Shown: positions 7,908 to 17,621, counted from the stretch's first letter. The stretch: DNA of 51,046 nt from Desulfobacteraceae bacterium (GCA_050115555.1 JASFQI010000001.1:1-51046), one strand, 5' to 3'. The notes: generated by a model from the letters alone, not told the origin. Made by a program: numbers and translations.

Positions 7908-9245
7908 TCAGGCTTGAACGGCCCGAGCCGCCTCTCTCTCCTTGTCGAGACCGTTCGTGCAATCCAGGCGCGCAAGGTACTTGGCCGCCTCCACGGACGC
8001 CGCACCGGACTCGGCGATGGTGTCCACGATGTCCTTGGGGCCGGCCGCCGTTCCCGCGACGAAAACCCCTTCCATATCGGTTCGCGTCGGGGAAAGTTTG
8101 GGCTGTATCGTTCGAATAAACCGGTCCGGCCCTGAGGAGACCTCGCAGATCCCTTCGGGGTTCCAGGCCGGAACCATCCCCAGGGACAGCACCACCAGGT
8201 CGTGATCCGCCGTAGACACCCCTTCACCGTTCTGATCCTCGTAGCGAAGGGTGACAGACCCGTTTTCCCCTTCATGGATAGAAGCGACCTTGCCCTTGAC
8301 GAACTCGATGCCCATGGCCTTGGCATTCTGGTAGAACTGCTCGTACCCTTTTCCAAAAGCGCGGATGTCCATGTAGTAAATGGTAATGTCCGCCAGGGGC
8401 AGCGAGCCGGAGATGAGCATGGCCTGCTTGATAGCATACATGCAGCAGACTCTGGAGCAGTAGGAGACCCCCATGCTCTTGTCCCGCGATCCGGCGCACT
8501 GGACATAGGCGATGGAATCCGGCTCCATGCCGTCCGACGGCCTGAGGACGCGGTTGTAAGGGCCGTGAGGGGCCAGGAGCCTCTCCATCTGCATGGACGT
8601 GATCACATTGGGGATACGGCCGTTACCGTACTGCTGCTTGGTTTCTATCGGCGTCAGCTCGAAGCCGGTGGCCAGGACCGCTGTTTTTGCCCGAATGAGA
8701 ACCTCCTCCGGCTTTTGAAAGTAATCCACGGCATGGGTGGGGCAGACCGTGGCGCACTTTCCACACAGCATGCAGTTTTCCGCATCCAGCACGGCGATCT
8801 GAGGGATGGCGTTGGAAAAGGGAATGGAAATGGCCTTGGTCGCAGAAAAGCCTCCCTGCTCCTCATCGGGCACGTAGACCGGGCAGGCGTACTCGCACTG
8901 CCTGCATCCGATACACTTGTCTGGATCGACATACCGCGGACGTTGCGTCACTGACGCGATAACCCGGTCTTCGCGGCGGTCGAGGGACGTCACGTCACAA
9001 TTGGTAAACAGGTTGATCTTCTCGTGATGGGCCGCAGCCGCCATCTTTGGCGTCGTGATGCAGCTGGCACAGTCGAGGGTCGGAAAGACCTTGGACAGGC
9101 GGATCATTTTTCCACCAATGGATGCATCCCGTTCCACAACCGCCACATGGAACCCCTGATCTGCCAGATCCAGGGCCGACTGGAGGCCTGCAATCCCACC
9201 GCCAACCACCAACGCGTCAAACTCGAGCTTTCGTATGGAGTCCAT
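7908..9245 (-). CDS. Second HdrA-family flavoprotein (core type with inserted ferredoxin domain)
   Basis: VVGGGIAGLQSALDLA, LDCASCITTPK, CIGCRQCEYACP, CMLCGKCATVCP, CAGSRD..YCSRVCC. 445 aa. Confidence 0.9.
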   Translation of the reverse strand: MDSIRKLEFDALVVGGGIAGLQSALDLADQGFHVAVVERDASIGGKMIRLSKVFPTLDCASCITTPKMAAAAHHEKINLFTNCDVTSLDRREDRVIASVTQRPRYVDPDKCIGCRQCEYACPVYVPDEEQGGFSATKAISIPFSNAIPQIAVLDAENCMLCGKCATVCPTHAVDYFQKPEEVLIRAKTAVLATGFELTPIETKQQYGNGRIPNVITSMQMERLLAPHGPYNRVLRPSDGMEPDSIAYVQCAGSRDKSMGVSYCSRVCCMYAIKQAMLISGSLPLADITIYYMDIRAFGKGYEQFYQNAKAMGIEFVKGKVASIHEGENGSVTLRYEDQNGEGVSTADHDLVVLSLGMVPAWNPEGICEVSSGPDRFIRTIQPKLSPTRTDMEGVFVAGTAAGPKDIVDTIAESGAASVEAAKYLARLDCTNGLDKEREAARAVQA

Positions 9246-9427
9246 GTCTTCCTCTCTTCCTCAATGCCCTTCCCGTTCAACCCTTTTCCCGCGGACGGCC
9301 AGGCCTGGTCGTCCTTGTCACCCGATTCGCGGCGCATCCCCTCGAAGCAATGCACGGGATTTTCTTCACCCTTCCAAGGGTGGTGGGTGCAGCACCGGGT
9401 GAGGGCGTGTCAAAAGAACGGAGACCT

Positions 9428-9853
9428 TCAGTTCCGGGAAACCTCCGGCGGTCCCAGCTCCTGAACCAGCTCGTTCATCTGGTTCACCTCATTCAAGAAT
9501 GCGCGGTTGCATACCGTGCATATGGCGGTCAGCCGCAGCCTGCGAATGTCCAGGTCGTGCTCCTTCATAAGCTTGTAGACTCGGTCTATCCGTTTGGCGA
9601 GAGCCTTGTAGGCTCCGTCATACGGGCATTCTTCCCCGCAGGACATGACGATCATGCCGCTGATTCCCTTCTTGAAACAGTCCAGGTAGAACCGTTCCGG
9701 AAAGAGGACCGGAGCCCGCACCCGAAGAATGTAGGTGTTCGTGGGGTAGGTCGAATGCGCCTGCCCCACAGAGTCCGCACCGGGATAGGCACAGCTTTCG
9801 GTAGACAGAATCAGTATTTTCCCTTTATCAAGGCCTGATTGAGTGCTTTCCAT
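9428..9853 (-). CDS. mvhD: MvhD/FlpD-type (methyl-viologen-reducing hydrogenase delta subunit-like) protein
   Basis: 141 aa. ILILSTESCAYPGADS .. GMIVMSCGEECPYDGAYK .. AICTVCN is typical of MvhD, the usual electron-transfer partner of HdrA. Confidence 0.85.
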   Translation of the reverse strand: MESTQSGLDKGKILILSTESCAYPGADSVGQAHSTYPTNTYILRVRAPVLFPERFYLDCFKKGISGMIVMSCGEECPYDGAYKALAKRIDRVYKLMKEHDLDIRRLRLTAICTVCNRAFLNEVNQMNELVQELGPPEVSRN

Positions 9854-9864
9854 GGTGCTTCCAC

Positions 9865-10377
9865 CTACTTCTTTCTCCTGACAAAGTGTTTGTCGTATCC
9901 ATCGGCTTCCAGGGCACCCAGGTACTCGTGTCCGACCTTGTTGGCCCAGGCCGGAATGTCCCTTCGAGTTCCGGAGTCATTGGAGTAGACCTCCAGGACT
10001 TCACCCACTTTGACTTTTCCGATGCCTTTTTTGGCCTCCAAAAGCGGCCCCGGGCAGGCACTGCCTCGGGCATCCACGGTACTTGCAGTTTGAACAGTAC
10101 TCAGATCTTCGGGCATTTTTTTCTCCTCTGTACGTGTGAAAGGTTCTTGTTTGCTCTTCTTCAACTGCATTCGATATCCATCTTCTTCGTTTCCAATCTT
10201 TTCGATGATCAGGACTTCATAAGTCCCCTTAGGAAGGACTTTTAATAAGTCCTCGTGCATGTCTGGATCGATCCATTCAACTTCGATGGTTTCTCCAAGC
10301 GCCATCTCTTTGAAGATATTGCTGATACGCAAGAGAGAAAACGGGATGATGGTGTGTCTCAAGTCGAAAGAATGCAT
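9865..10377 (-). CDS. Tandem TusA/SirA-like protein (N-terminal domain degenerate, C-terminal domain has the CPxP Cys)
   Basis: The C-terminal half (DARGSACPGPLLEAKKGIGKVKVGEVLEVYSNDSGTRRDIPAWANKVGHEY) is a canonical TusA. The N-terminal half has the same fold pattern without the Cys. The start is uncertain: ATG at 10377 or TTG at 10389. Confidence 0.7.
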   Translation of the reverse strand: MHSFDLRHTIIPFSLLRISNIFKEMALGETIEVEWIDPDMHEDLLKVLPKGTYEVLIIEKIGNEEDGYRMQLKKSKQEPFTRTEEKKMPEDLSTVQTASTVDARGSACPGPLLEAKKGIGKVKVGEVLEVYSNDSGTRRDIPAWANKVGHEYLGALEADGYDKHFVRRKK

Positions 10378-10437
10378 AGATAGTCTCAAAACTGCTTGGA
10401 AAGAGTTGAATGAGCGATTCCACGGCTTCCCCCTTGA

Positions 10438-10452
10438 GCAAATAGAGTGCCA
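10438..10452 (-). promoter_or_regulatory. Sigma-54 (-24/-12) promoter of the hdr/metVF locus
   Basis: The reverse strand reads cTTGGCACtctatTTGCTc, matching the YTGGCACG-N4-TTGCW consensus with correct spacing. It lies ~60 nt upstream of the first gene and next to a divergent sigma-54 activator gene. Confidence 0.75.
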
Positions 10453-10680
10453 AGCCTTGTCTTCGGAATCGGGATGCCCGCGGGCAAGAAGACCAAAATC
10501 TTATCAACTTGCTGAAAAAGTGGAATATTTTTGGAGACGAGAATGTGCCCGTTGGCCTTGTTTTTGGATATTTCCGTGGTATGGAGGTCGATTTCTAGGT
10601 CCGGAGGCTTGCCAAGAGCCTGTTTAGATGTTAAGAACATGAACGCTTTGTTTGTTCACTTGTTAAACAGGAGCGTTCAC

Positions 10681-12090
10681 ATGCGCGATACAGACTATGA
10701 ACTGAGGCATCATCTGAACCACTACTGGAAAACCGTAGTCGATACCATCCAGGACGGCGTGATGATCGTGAACACGGACGGGACCATTGTCTCTGCCAAC
10801 CGAGGGTTTGAGGAGATTACCGGGTACTCCCACGAGGAGCTCATCGGCCAGCCGTGTGCCTTGCTGTCCTGCTCCACATGCGAGTTCGCCCTGGAGGCGG
10901 AAGGCAGCTTCTGTATCCTGTTTCAACAGGGGACCCTGCGCCAGCAGCGGTGCGAACTGCGCCAAAAGAACGGCGACATGGTACATGTCGTAAAGAACGC
11001 CTCGGTCCTCAAGGATCAGAACGGCAAGGTCATCGGGGCGGTGGAAACCGTGACGGATGTGACCGACCTGATTGACAAGGAAAGGCAGATCGAGACCTAC
11101 CGGCGGGAGCTGGACCAGAAGGACCGGTTCCACGGGATGATCGGGACCTCCGCGAGGATGCAGCAGGTCTTCTACCTGATTGCCAATGCGGCCAAGTCCG
11201 ATGCCCCGGTGATCGTCCACGGTGAAAGCGGCACTGGAAAGGAACTGGTGGCCAAGGCCATCCACGAGTCCAGCCACCGAAAGGAAAAACCCTTCATCAA
11301 GGTCAACTGCGCAGCCCTCAATGAATCGCTCCTGGAAAGCGAGCTCTTCGGTCACGTGAAAGGGGCCTACACTGGGGCTCACCGGGACCGGGAAGGTCGT
11401 TTCGAGGCGGCCGAAGGCGGGAACATCTTCCTGGACGAGATCGGGGACCTGCCCCTGGCCACGCAGGTCAAGCTTTTGAGAGTCCTGGAGGAGAAAGTCA
11501 TCGAGCGGGTGGGGGATCATCAGCCTGTCCACGTGGATGTGCGGATCATTTCCGCCACCAACCGGGACCTTCCAAAGTTGATCGATACGGGGGCGTTCAG
11601 GGAGGACTTTTTTTACCGGATCAATGTCATTCCCATCTGGGTTCCGCCATTACGGGAGCGGGCCGAGGATATCCCTTTGCTGGCCATGTCATTTTTTCGC
11701 TTGATTCGGCTTCAAAGCGGCAAGGACATCGAGGGCGTTTCCAGGGAGGCCATGGATGCGCTGGTGAAGTACCCCTGGCCCGGCAATGTCCGGGAACTGA
11801 GGAGCGCCTTTGAGTTCGCCTTTGTCTCCTGCCAGGATCGAATGATCGGGATCGAGCACCTGCCCCACCCGATTGCCCGGAACACCACGGAGCCCCCTCC
11901 TTCGGAGAGCGCTCCGGCCGGCATCGAAGAGCTGAAGAAGGAGCGCCTGCTCAAGGCCCTGGAGGCCTCCGGGGGCAACCAGTCCAAGGCGGCCCGGATC
12001 CTTGGCATCTCCCGTACCAGTGTCTGGAGCCAGATGAAGCGGTTTCACATCAAAGCGCCCCACGCCGGATCGAAAATGTCTTTTCCTTGA
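10681..12090 (+). CDS. Sigma-54-dependent transcriptional activator (PAS - AAA+ - Fis-type HTH)
   Basis: ORF trimmed to the ATG at 10681, preceded by AGGAG. Motifs: PAS ([34 protein letters not shown]), Walker A (GESGTGKE), a GAFTGA variant (GAYTGA), [10 protein letters not shown], and a C-terminal [19 protein letters not shown]. Confidence 0.9.
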   Translation: MRDTDYELRHHLNHYWKTVVDTIQDGVMIVNTDGTIVSANRGFEEITGYSHEELIGQPCALLSCSTCEFALEAEGSFCILFQQGTLRQQRCELRQKNGDMVHVVKNASVLKDQNGKVIGAVETVTDVTDLIDKERQIETYRRELDQKDRFHGMIGTSARMQQVFYLIANAAKSDAPVIVHGESGTGKELVAKAIHESSHRKEKPFIKVNCAALNESLLESELFGHVKGAYTGAHRDREGRFEAAEGGNIFLDEIGDLPLATQVKLLRVLEEKVIERVGDHQPVHVDVRIISATNRDLPKLIDTGAFREDFFYRINVIPIWVPPLRERAEDIPLLAMSFFRLIRLQSGKDIEGVSREAMDALVKYPWPGNVRELRSAFEFAFVSCQDRMIGIEHLPHPIARNTTEPPPSESAPAGIEELKKERLLKALEASGGNQSKAARILGISRTSVWSQMKRFHIKAPHAGSKMSFP

Positions 12091-12247
12091 CCCCACCCAT
12101 TTTTGTCTGTCTATTCTCACCTTGGATTGAGAGATCTTCCGGAGACTTTTCGAGGGGGCTCCTGAGCGCAAGGTTGGGCTTGCTGTTTGGGAAATAGAGG
12201 CTTCGTAACGCTGCAATGTCGAGACAGGATTCCCTGAAGTGACGCCG

Positions 12248-13978
12248 CTACTCCTTGAGGTTCAGGGTCTCTCCAACCGGAAGTCCGAGCTCCTGCGCGC
12301 GGAGCACTCTGCGCAGGATCTTTCCGCTTCGGGTCTTGGGGATCCGGTCGATGAAGGCGATCTCGCGGACCACGATGTCCGGGGAGAGATTGGCCCGAAG
12401 AAAGGCTCGGATCTCCTGGTGTAACCGGGTCGAAGGGGAGGCGCCGGGATGAAGGGTGATAAAGGCCTTGACCGAGGATCTACCCGAGCCCGGATCGCCG
12501 CCCTTGGAGATCACCGCGGCCTCGGCCACGGCCGGGTGCATGTAGAGGACGTGCTCGATCTCGTAAGGGCCGATCATCTTGATGCCCCCCACCTTGATCA
12601 GGTCGTCGTTTCGGCCCTGGTGGTAAAAGTACCCCTCGTCGTCCATCAAGGCCATGTCCCCCGTGAGGAACCAGCCCGGAACGCGGAAGTACTGCTCGTA
12701 TCGCTCTTCATCGCCCCACAGGGCGCTCATGAGCCCGGGCCACTCCAGCTTCAGGGCGAGCTCGCCCATGGTGAGAGGAGGTGCGGGCTCTCCCTCCTCG
12801 TCCAGGATTTCCGCCTTCATCCCGGGCACGGGCTTGCCCATGGAGCCGGGTTTGACATCCATGGATGGGAAGTTGGCCAGGCAGATGATGCCGGTTTCGG
12901 TCATCCACCACGTATCGTGCAGGGTGTGCCGAAGGTGCTTTCGGGCCCAGTAAAAGAGGTCCGGGACCAGGGGCTCGCCCACAGTGGCCACGTGCCGCAG
13001 GGATGAGAGGTCGTATCGTCCGGCCAGGTCCTCGCCGGCCTCCACAAGGTGCCGGATGGTGGTGGGCGTGGTGTACCAGACCGAAACCCGATGCTTTTCA
13101 AGGGTTCGATACACGTTGGAGGCGGAGAAGGGATCCCCCTGGACAAGGGTAGTGGCCCCGCAGAGCCAGGGGGCAAAAACTCCATATACCGTGCCCGTAA
13201 CCCAGGCCGGCTGGGCTTCGGTCCAGAGGAGGGTATCCGGGGTCAGGTCGAGCACGAACCGGGCCGTGGCATAAATGCCTACCATGTCCAGATGAGTGTG
13301 CACAATGGCTTTCGGGGTCCCTGTGGAGCCCGATGTGAAGTTCAGATAAAGAGGAGCCCTACGAGGAAAAAGACGATTCGAGAAGGTATCGGCCATTCCG
13401 TCGATTTCTTCCTGGATCAATACCTCACCCTGCCCCGTGCCCGGAGGTGGACCGTTCACGAGGAAGACGCGACGGACGCTCTCCATGCCGTCCAGGGGTA
13501 GCTGCTCTGCAAGATCGGGGTGAGTGAGAACCCCGGCAGGCTTGGCAGTTTGAAGCCGGACCTCGAGTTCGTCGTACGTACTGCTGGAGAAGACATTGCA
13601 GAACACCATGCCCAGCCGCGCGCAGGCCAGCATGGCCAGGTAGGTTTCCGGGCAGGGAGGGAGAAAGATGAAGAACCGCTCCCCGGAACGCATGCCGTGG
13701 TGACGGAGGAGGTTCGCCCAGCGGCAGGAGGCGGCTTTGAACTCCGCGTAAGTGAACGTTCGAACCTCGCCGTCCTTTTCGAAGATCAGGGCCGGCCGGT
13801 CGCGCTCAGCTGCACTCGATGCCCAACGGTCCACGGACGCCGTGACAATGTTGATCCGTGAGGCCTCGGGGCCCAGGAGCGCTTGTTCCTCCTCGGCCCA
13901 CGAGAACCTCTTCCGGGTGGATTCGTACTCCCCGAGGTTCGCGCCGGGATTCTCTGCCTTGACTCTTGCCTTGATCAT
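12248..13978 (-). CDS. AMP-forming acyl-CoA synthetase (Acs/PrpE-like paralog)
   Basis: Trimmed to the ATG at 13978 (MIKARVKAEN). Motifs: YLNFTSGSTGTPKAIVHTH, WWMTETG, GRNDDLIKVGG, and a C-terminal [12 protein letters not shown] carrying the conserved acetylatable Lys motif. Confidence 0.85.
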   Translation of the reverse strand: MIKARVKAENPGANLGEYESTRKRFSWAEEEQALLGPEASRINIVTASVDRWASSAAERDRPALIFEKDGEVRTFTYAEFKAASCRWANLLRHHGMRSGERFFIFLPPCPETYLAMLACARLGMVFCNVFSSSTYDELEVRLQTAKPAGVLTHPDLAEQLPLDGMESVRRVFLVNGPPPGTGQGEVLIQEEIDGMADTFSNRLFPRRAPLYLNFTSGSTGTPKAIVHTHLDMVGIYATARFVLDLTPDTLLWTEAQPAWVTGTVYGVFAPWLCGATTLVQGDPFSASNVYRTLEKHRVSVWYTTPTTIRHLVEAGEDLAGRYDLSSLRHVATVGEPLVPDLFYWARKHLRHTLHDTWWMTETGIICLANFPSMDVKPGSMGKPVPGMKAEILDEEGEPAPPLTMGELALKLEWPGLMSALWGDEERYEQYFRVPGWFLTGDMALMDDEGYFYHQGRNDDLIKVGGIKMIGPYEIEHVLYMHPAVAEAAVISKGGDPGSGRSSVKAFITLHPGASPSTRLHQEIRAFLRANLSPDIVVREIAFIDRIPKTRSGKILRRVLRAQELGLPVGETLNLKE

Positions 13979-14003
13979 GAAATGTCGGCTCCTCCCAGCC
14001 TTT

Positions 14004-15053
14004 CTATGCAGGGACGTCCGTCCACACGGCGAACGGCTCGTGGGCTTCGCGGGCCTTTGATACGAGCTCGGACGCACGGGCCGTTTTCTGGGCGACAGCC
14101 CTCTCAGCCCCATCTTCCTGGAGCAGGGCGATCAGGACCTCCCGGACACATCGGGCCAGGGCCGGAGGATCGTACCCGCCCTCCAGGGCCAGGAGAAGGG
14201 GGGGCTGCCCGATCTCCGCACCCAGGCGGAGTAAGAGGCGGGTCAGATCCCCGAACACGGACTCGGTGAGGCGGCTTCGGCCCACCGGGTCGTCCCTGTG
14301 GGCGTCGAACCCGGCCGCTACAAGAATCAGCTCGGGCTCGTAGCGGAGGATGATCGGGCCGAGAGTCCGCTCGTAAAGGGAGAGCATGTCCGGGTCTTCC
14401 ATGTCCCGGGGAAGGGGGATGTTGACGGTGTACCCCCGGCCTTCCCCCTCGCCCACATCGCCCCAGTCTCCCGTGTAGGGGTAGAGCAGGGTGTCGTGGG
14501 TGGAGAAGTAGAAGACCCCTTTTTCCGTGTAAAAGAGGTCGTTGAGACCGTGACCGTGATGAATGTCCCAGTCCACAATGAGGATGCGCTGAAATCCATG
14601 GCGTTTGGCGGCAAAGCGGGCTGTGATCGCCAGGTTGTTGAAGATGCAGAAACCGGAGACCCGGTTGGGCAGGGCATGATGGCCCGGGGGGCGCACCAGG
14701 GCGAAGCAGACGTCGCACGTTCCCGTGAGCATGGACTCGAGACCCCGAAGGCACCCTCCCACGGCCAGCCAGGCCGCCAGGTACGTCTTGGCGCTGGCTG
14801 GGGTGTCCGGAGCGAGGCTCGTGAACTCCTGGTCCGCGGTCTTGAGCACCTTCTTGATGTGCCCCGGGGTGTGCACCAGCTCCAGGTGTTCCATGGTGGC
14901 CATCTCTGCCTCCATGTCGATGAGCCCCTCGCCCACCCCTTCGTCCAGGATCCGGTGGATCGCCACAAGGCGGTTCGGGTGCTCCGGATGGAGGTGCCCT
15001 GTCTTGTGCTCCAGGAACCGTTCGTCTCGAACAATGCCTACCTTCCGCGGCAT
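14004..15053 (-). CDS. Histone-deacetylase-family (AcuC/HDAC-type, Zn-dependent) deacetylase
   Basis: Trimmed to the ATG at 15053 (MPRKVGIVRDERFLEH). Motifs: RPPGHHA, ILIVDWDIHHGHG, AAGFDAHRDDP, ALEGGY. Confidence 0.85.
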   Translation of the reverse strand: MPRKVGIVRDERFLEHKTGHLHPEHPNRLVAIHRILDEGVGEGLIDMEAEMATMEHLELVHTPGHIKKVLKTADQEFTSLAPDTPASAKTYLAAWLAVGGCLRGLESMLTGTCDVCFALVRPPGHHALPNRVSGFCIFNNLAITARFAAKRHGFQRILIVDWDIHHGHGLNDLFYTEKGVFYFSTHDTLLYPYTGDWGDVGEGEGRGYTVNIPLPRDMEDPDMLSLYERTLGPIILRYEPELILVAAGFDAHRDDPVGRSRLTESVFGDLTRLLLRLGAEIGQPPLLLALEGGYDPPALARCVREVLIALLQEDGAERAVAQKTARASELVSKAREAHEPFAVWTDVPA

Positions 15054-15078
15054 GGGTCGCCTTTCGGGGGTCAGATTT

Positions 15079-15149
15079 TCTCGCCAAGACGCCAAGGCGC
15101 AAAGAAAAAATGAAATGCTTTTTGCTCTTCTTCGCGATCTTTGGCGAGA
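15079..15149. repeat. Imperfect ~70-nt palindromic repeat ('ctcgccaagacgc' family)
   Basis: Arm 15079-15109 (tctcgccaagacgccaaggcgcaaagaaaaa) and arm 15119-15149 (tttttgctcttcttcgcgatctttggcgaga) are imperfect inverted copies. A related half-site lies at 17726-17750. Confidence 0.5.
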
Positions 15150-15166
15150 GGAACGTCTTTTGTGTT

Positions 15167-15649
15167 TTATTCCTCGATGCTCAGGTGCATGGTGCGCTCG
15201 CTCTCCCATCGGTCGTCGTCGTTGAACCGGAACCCGAACTTGCGGTACAGGGCGATGGCGGGAAAGTTGTACGTGCCCACGCTTAGCCAGAGCCTTCGAA
15301 GACCCAGGGCGCGTGCATAGGTCACGGCGGCCTCGGTGAGCCGCGTACCTACCCCGCGATTCCGCTCGTCCTGGCTGACGAAGATGAGATATTCTCCCTC
15401 GGCCTTCGGCTTGTCCGCGAGGATTACCACGTGACCGATAACACGCCCGCTGCGAATGGCCAGGTGGTTCTTACCGTCTTGAACGAGGTTTCCGATCCAG
15501 TTCCGGCAAGCATCCTCGGCCACCGGGGGGACGCCCTGGTACTTTCCCTTGGGCGAGAAGCCGTTGTACATGGTGTACAGGCCGGGGTAGTCCTCGTCCT
15601 TCCACGCCCTCACCTCGAAAGGCTCCCCTCGTTTGTCGATGAAGCGCAT
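15167..15649 (-). CDS. GNAT-family N-acetyltransferase (small, AcuA-like position)
   Basis: The GNAT motif A region is VSQDERNRGVGTRLTEAAVTYARALGLRRLWLSV. The start is ambiguous: ATG at 15649 or GTG at 15679, which would overlap the acs stop. Confidence 0.8.
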   Translation of the reverse strand: MRFIDKRGEPFEVRAWKDEDYPGLYTMYNGFSPKGKYQGVPPVAEDACRNWIGNLVQDGKNHLAIRSGRVIGHVVILADKPKAEGEYLIFVSQDERNRGVGTRLTEAAVTYARALGLRRLWLSVGTYNFPAIALYRKFGFRFNDDDRWESERTMHLSIEE

Positions 15650-15665
15650 GGCTCCCAAATCCCGG

Positions 15666-17621
15666 TTACGTGCTTGCACTCTCCTGAATCAGCCGGTCCA
15701 CAACGGCGGGATCCGCGATGGTGGAGGTGTCCCCGATTTCGTCGGTCTTTCCCGCGGCGATTTTCTGGAGGATGCGACGCATGATCTTTCCGCTTCGCGT
15801 CTTCGGCAGCGCATCCGCCCACTGGATCACGTCGATCGTGGCGATGGGCCCGATTTCCGATCTCACGAGGGCGAACAGTTCCTTTTTCAGGTCGTCCGAT
15901 TTGGCCACGCCGCTGTTCAGCGTGACGAAGGCATAGATTCCCTGCCCCTTTACGGAATGAGGAAAGCCCACTACTGCGGCCTCTGCCACCTTGGCGTGGA
16001 GCACGAGGGCGGATTCGATTTCCGCCGTGCCCAGCCGGTGCCCCGAGACGTTGATCACGTCGTCGATCCGGCCAATGATCCAGTAGTACCCGTCCTCGTC
16101 CTGCTTGGCCCCATCCCCCGTGAAGTACATACCCGGCACCTGGCTGAAGTACGTTTCCTTGAACCGTTCGTGATCCCCGAAGACCGTGCGGGCCATGCCG
16201 GGCCAGGGACGCTGTATGCACAGCACTCCCTCCTGGTCGGGGTACTTCACGGGCTCGCCCACGTCGTCGAGAATGACCGGGTCCACACCGAAAAAAGGAA
16301 AGGAGCAGGATCCCGGTTTGATGGGGGCCACAGCCGGAAGCGGCGTGAGCATGTGCCCGCCGGTTTCGGTCTGCCACCAGGTGTCCATGATGGGGCACCA
16401 GTCCCGGCCCACGTAATGATAGTACCAGCGCCAGGCCTCCGGGTTGATAGGCTCGCCGACCGATCCCAGGAGCTTGAGGCACGAAATGTCGTGCTTTTCC
16501 ACGTACTCGTGCCCCTCCTTGGCCAAGGCCCGGATTACCGTGGGAGCGGTGTAGAACTTGGCCACCCGGTACCGCGCCACGATTTCCCAGTACCGGTCGA
16601 AGCCCGGGTAGTTGGGGACCCCTTCATAGATCACGCTCGTGAACCCGTTGATCAGGGGACCGTACACCCCGTAGCTGTGCCCGGTGACCCATCCGATATC
16701 CGCCGTACACCAGAACACCTCGTCGTCTTTCATGTCAAAGGTCAGCCGGTTCGTCATGGCCGCGTACAGGAGGTACCCGCCGTGGGTGTGAACCACCCCC
16801 TTGGGTTTTCCCGTGCTGCCGCTGGTGTACAGAATGAAAAGCGGGTCCTCCGCCCCCATGGGCTCCGGATCCACGTGAGAAGGGAGGTTCGGGTCCTTCA
16901 CGGCCTCGTGCCACCAGACCTCCCGACTCGGGTCGAGCACCGGCTTCAGGCCGGCCCGATCGAACACGAGGACGGTTTTCACACCGGGACAGGACTTCAG
17001 GGCCTCATCCACGTTCTGCTTGAGCGGAACGCTCTTGCCGGCCCGAAATCCTCCATCCACGGTGATGACCATCTTGGCGTCGCAGTCCTGGATGCGGTTT
17101 CCCAGGGCCTCCGCGCTAAAGCCGCCGAAGACCACGCTGTGGACCGCTCCGATGCGGGCACAGGCCAGCATGGCCACGGGAAGCTCCGGGATCATAGGCA
17201 TGTAGATGACCACGCGGTCCCCCTTGCCTACGTCACGGGCCTTGAGCACGGCGGCCATGCGGTTCACCTCTTCGTGAAGCTCCCCGAAGGTGATGGTTCT
17301 TCGTTCTTCGGGGCTGTCCCCCTCCCAGTAGTAGGCGACCTTGTCCCTGAGCGTGTTCAGGTGCCGGTCCAGGCAGTTGGTCGTGGCGTTCAGCACGCCG
17401 CCCCCGAACCACTCGATTCGGGCCTCGTGAAAGTCGTGCTTCAGGACAAAATCCCAGGATCGGTCCCACGTGAGATACTGCAGGGCCTGCTCGGCCCAGA
17501 AGCCTTCCGGGTCATCGATCGAGCGCCGGTACATCGCGTCGTACGTCTCCCGGTCCGGGACGTAAGCGACCTTGCGATAGTCCTCGAGGTGGGCGTCATA
17601 GAGGTTCCGGTGGTTGTCCAT
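15666..17621 (-). CDS. acs: Acetyl-CoA synthetase (AMP-forming)
   Basis: Full-length 651-aa Acs. Motifs: FWAEQA.., [67 protein letters not shown] strong SD (AAGGAGGA) precedes the ATG at 17621. Confidence 0.95.
   Translation of the reverse strand: MDNHRNLYDAHLEDYRKVAYVPDRETYDAMYRRSIDDPEGFWAEQALQYLTWDRSWDFVLKHDFHEARIEWFGGGVLNATTNCLDRHLNTLRDKVAYYWEGDSPEERRTITFGELHEEVNRMAAVLKARDVGKGDRVVIYMPMIPELPVAMLACARIGAVHSVVFGGFSAEALGNRIQDCDAKMVITVDGGFRAGKSVPLKQNVDEALKSCPGVKTVLVFDRAGLKPVLDPSREVWWHEAVKDPNLPSHVDPEPMGAEDPLFILYTSGSTGKPKGVVHTHGGYLLYAAMTNRLTFDMKDDEVFWCTADIGWVTGHSYGVYGPLINGFTSVIYEGVPNYPGFDRYWEIVARYRVAKFYTAPTVIRALAKEGHEYVEKHDISCLKLLGSVGEPINPEAWRWYYHYVGRDWCPIMDTWWQTETGGHMLTPLPAVAPIKPGSCSFPFFGVDPVILDDVGEPVKYPDQEGVLCIQRPWPGMARTVFGDHERFKETYFSQVPGMYFTGDGAKQDEDGYYWIIGRIDDVINVSGHRLGTAEIESALVLHAKVAEAAVVGFPHSVKGQGIYAFVTLNSGVAKSDDLKKELFALVRSEIGPIATIDVIQWADALPKTRSGKIMRRILQKIAAGKTDEIGDTSTIADPAVVDRLIQESAST

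Noticed and set aside
9246-9427. 182-nt spacer between mvhD and hdrA-like, with the palindrome ggccaggcctggcc and the small hairpin cacccttggaagggtg (read on the reverse strand). Considered as an internal promoter, riboswitch or small ORF.
   Set aside because: There is no recognisable promoter consensus, riboswitch core or SD-preceded ORF. The structures are short and could be incidental. It is mentioned under the locus finding only as a gap.
5952-9430. Possible selenocysteine (UGA) recoding, since HdrA, MvhD and DsrE-like proteins are selenoproteins in some Deltaproteobacteria. The mvhD and hdrA genes both end in TGA.
   Set aside because: Reading through the TGA at 9430-9428 hits another stop after 5 codons, and reading through the TGA at 5954-5952 hits one after 18 codons. 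The proteins are already full length, and the relevant redox positions are encoded as Cys.
14104-15102. 332-aa same-strand alternative-frame ORF inside the HDAC-family gene. Comparable out-of-frame ORFs lie inside mfd, the DUF58 gene and the cyclase region.
   Set aside because: It is a Pro/Arg/Gly-rich frame-shifted translation of a gene whose main frame carries clear catalytic motifs. There is no evidence for dual coding.
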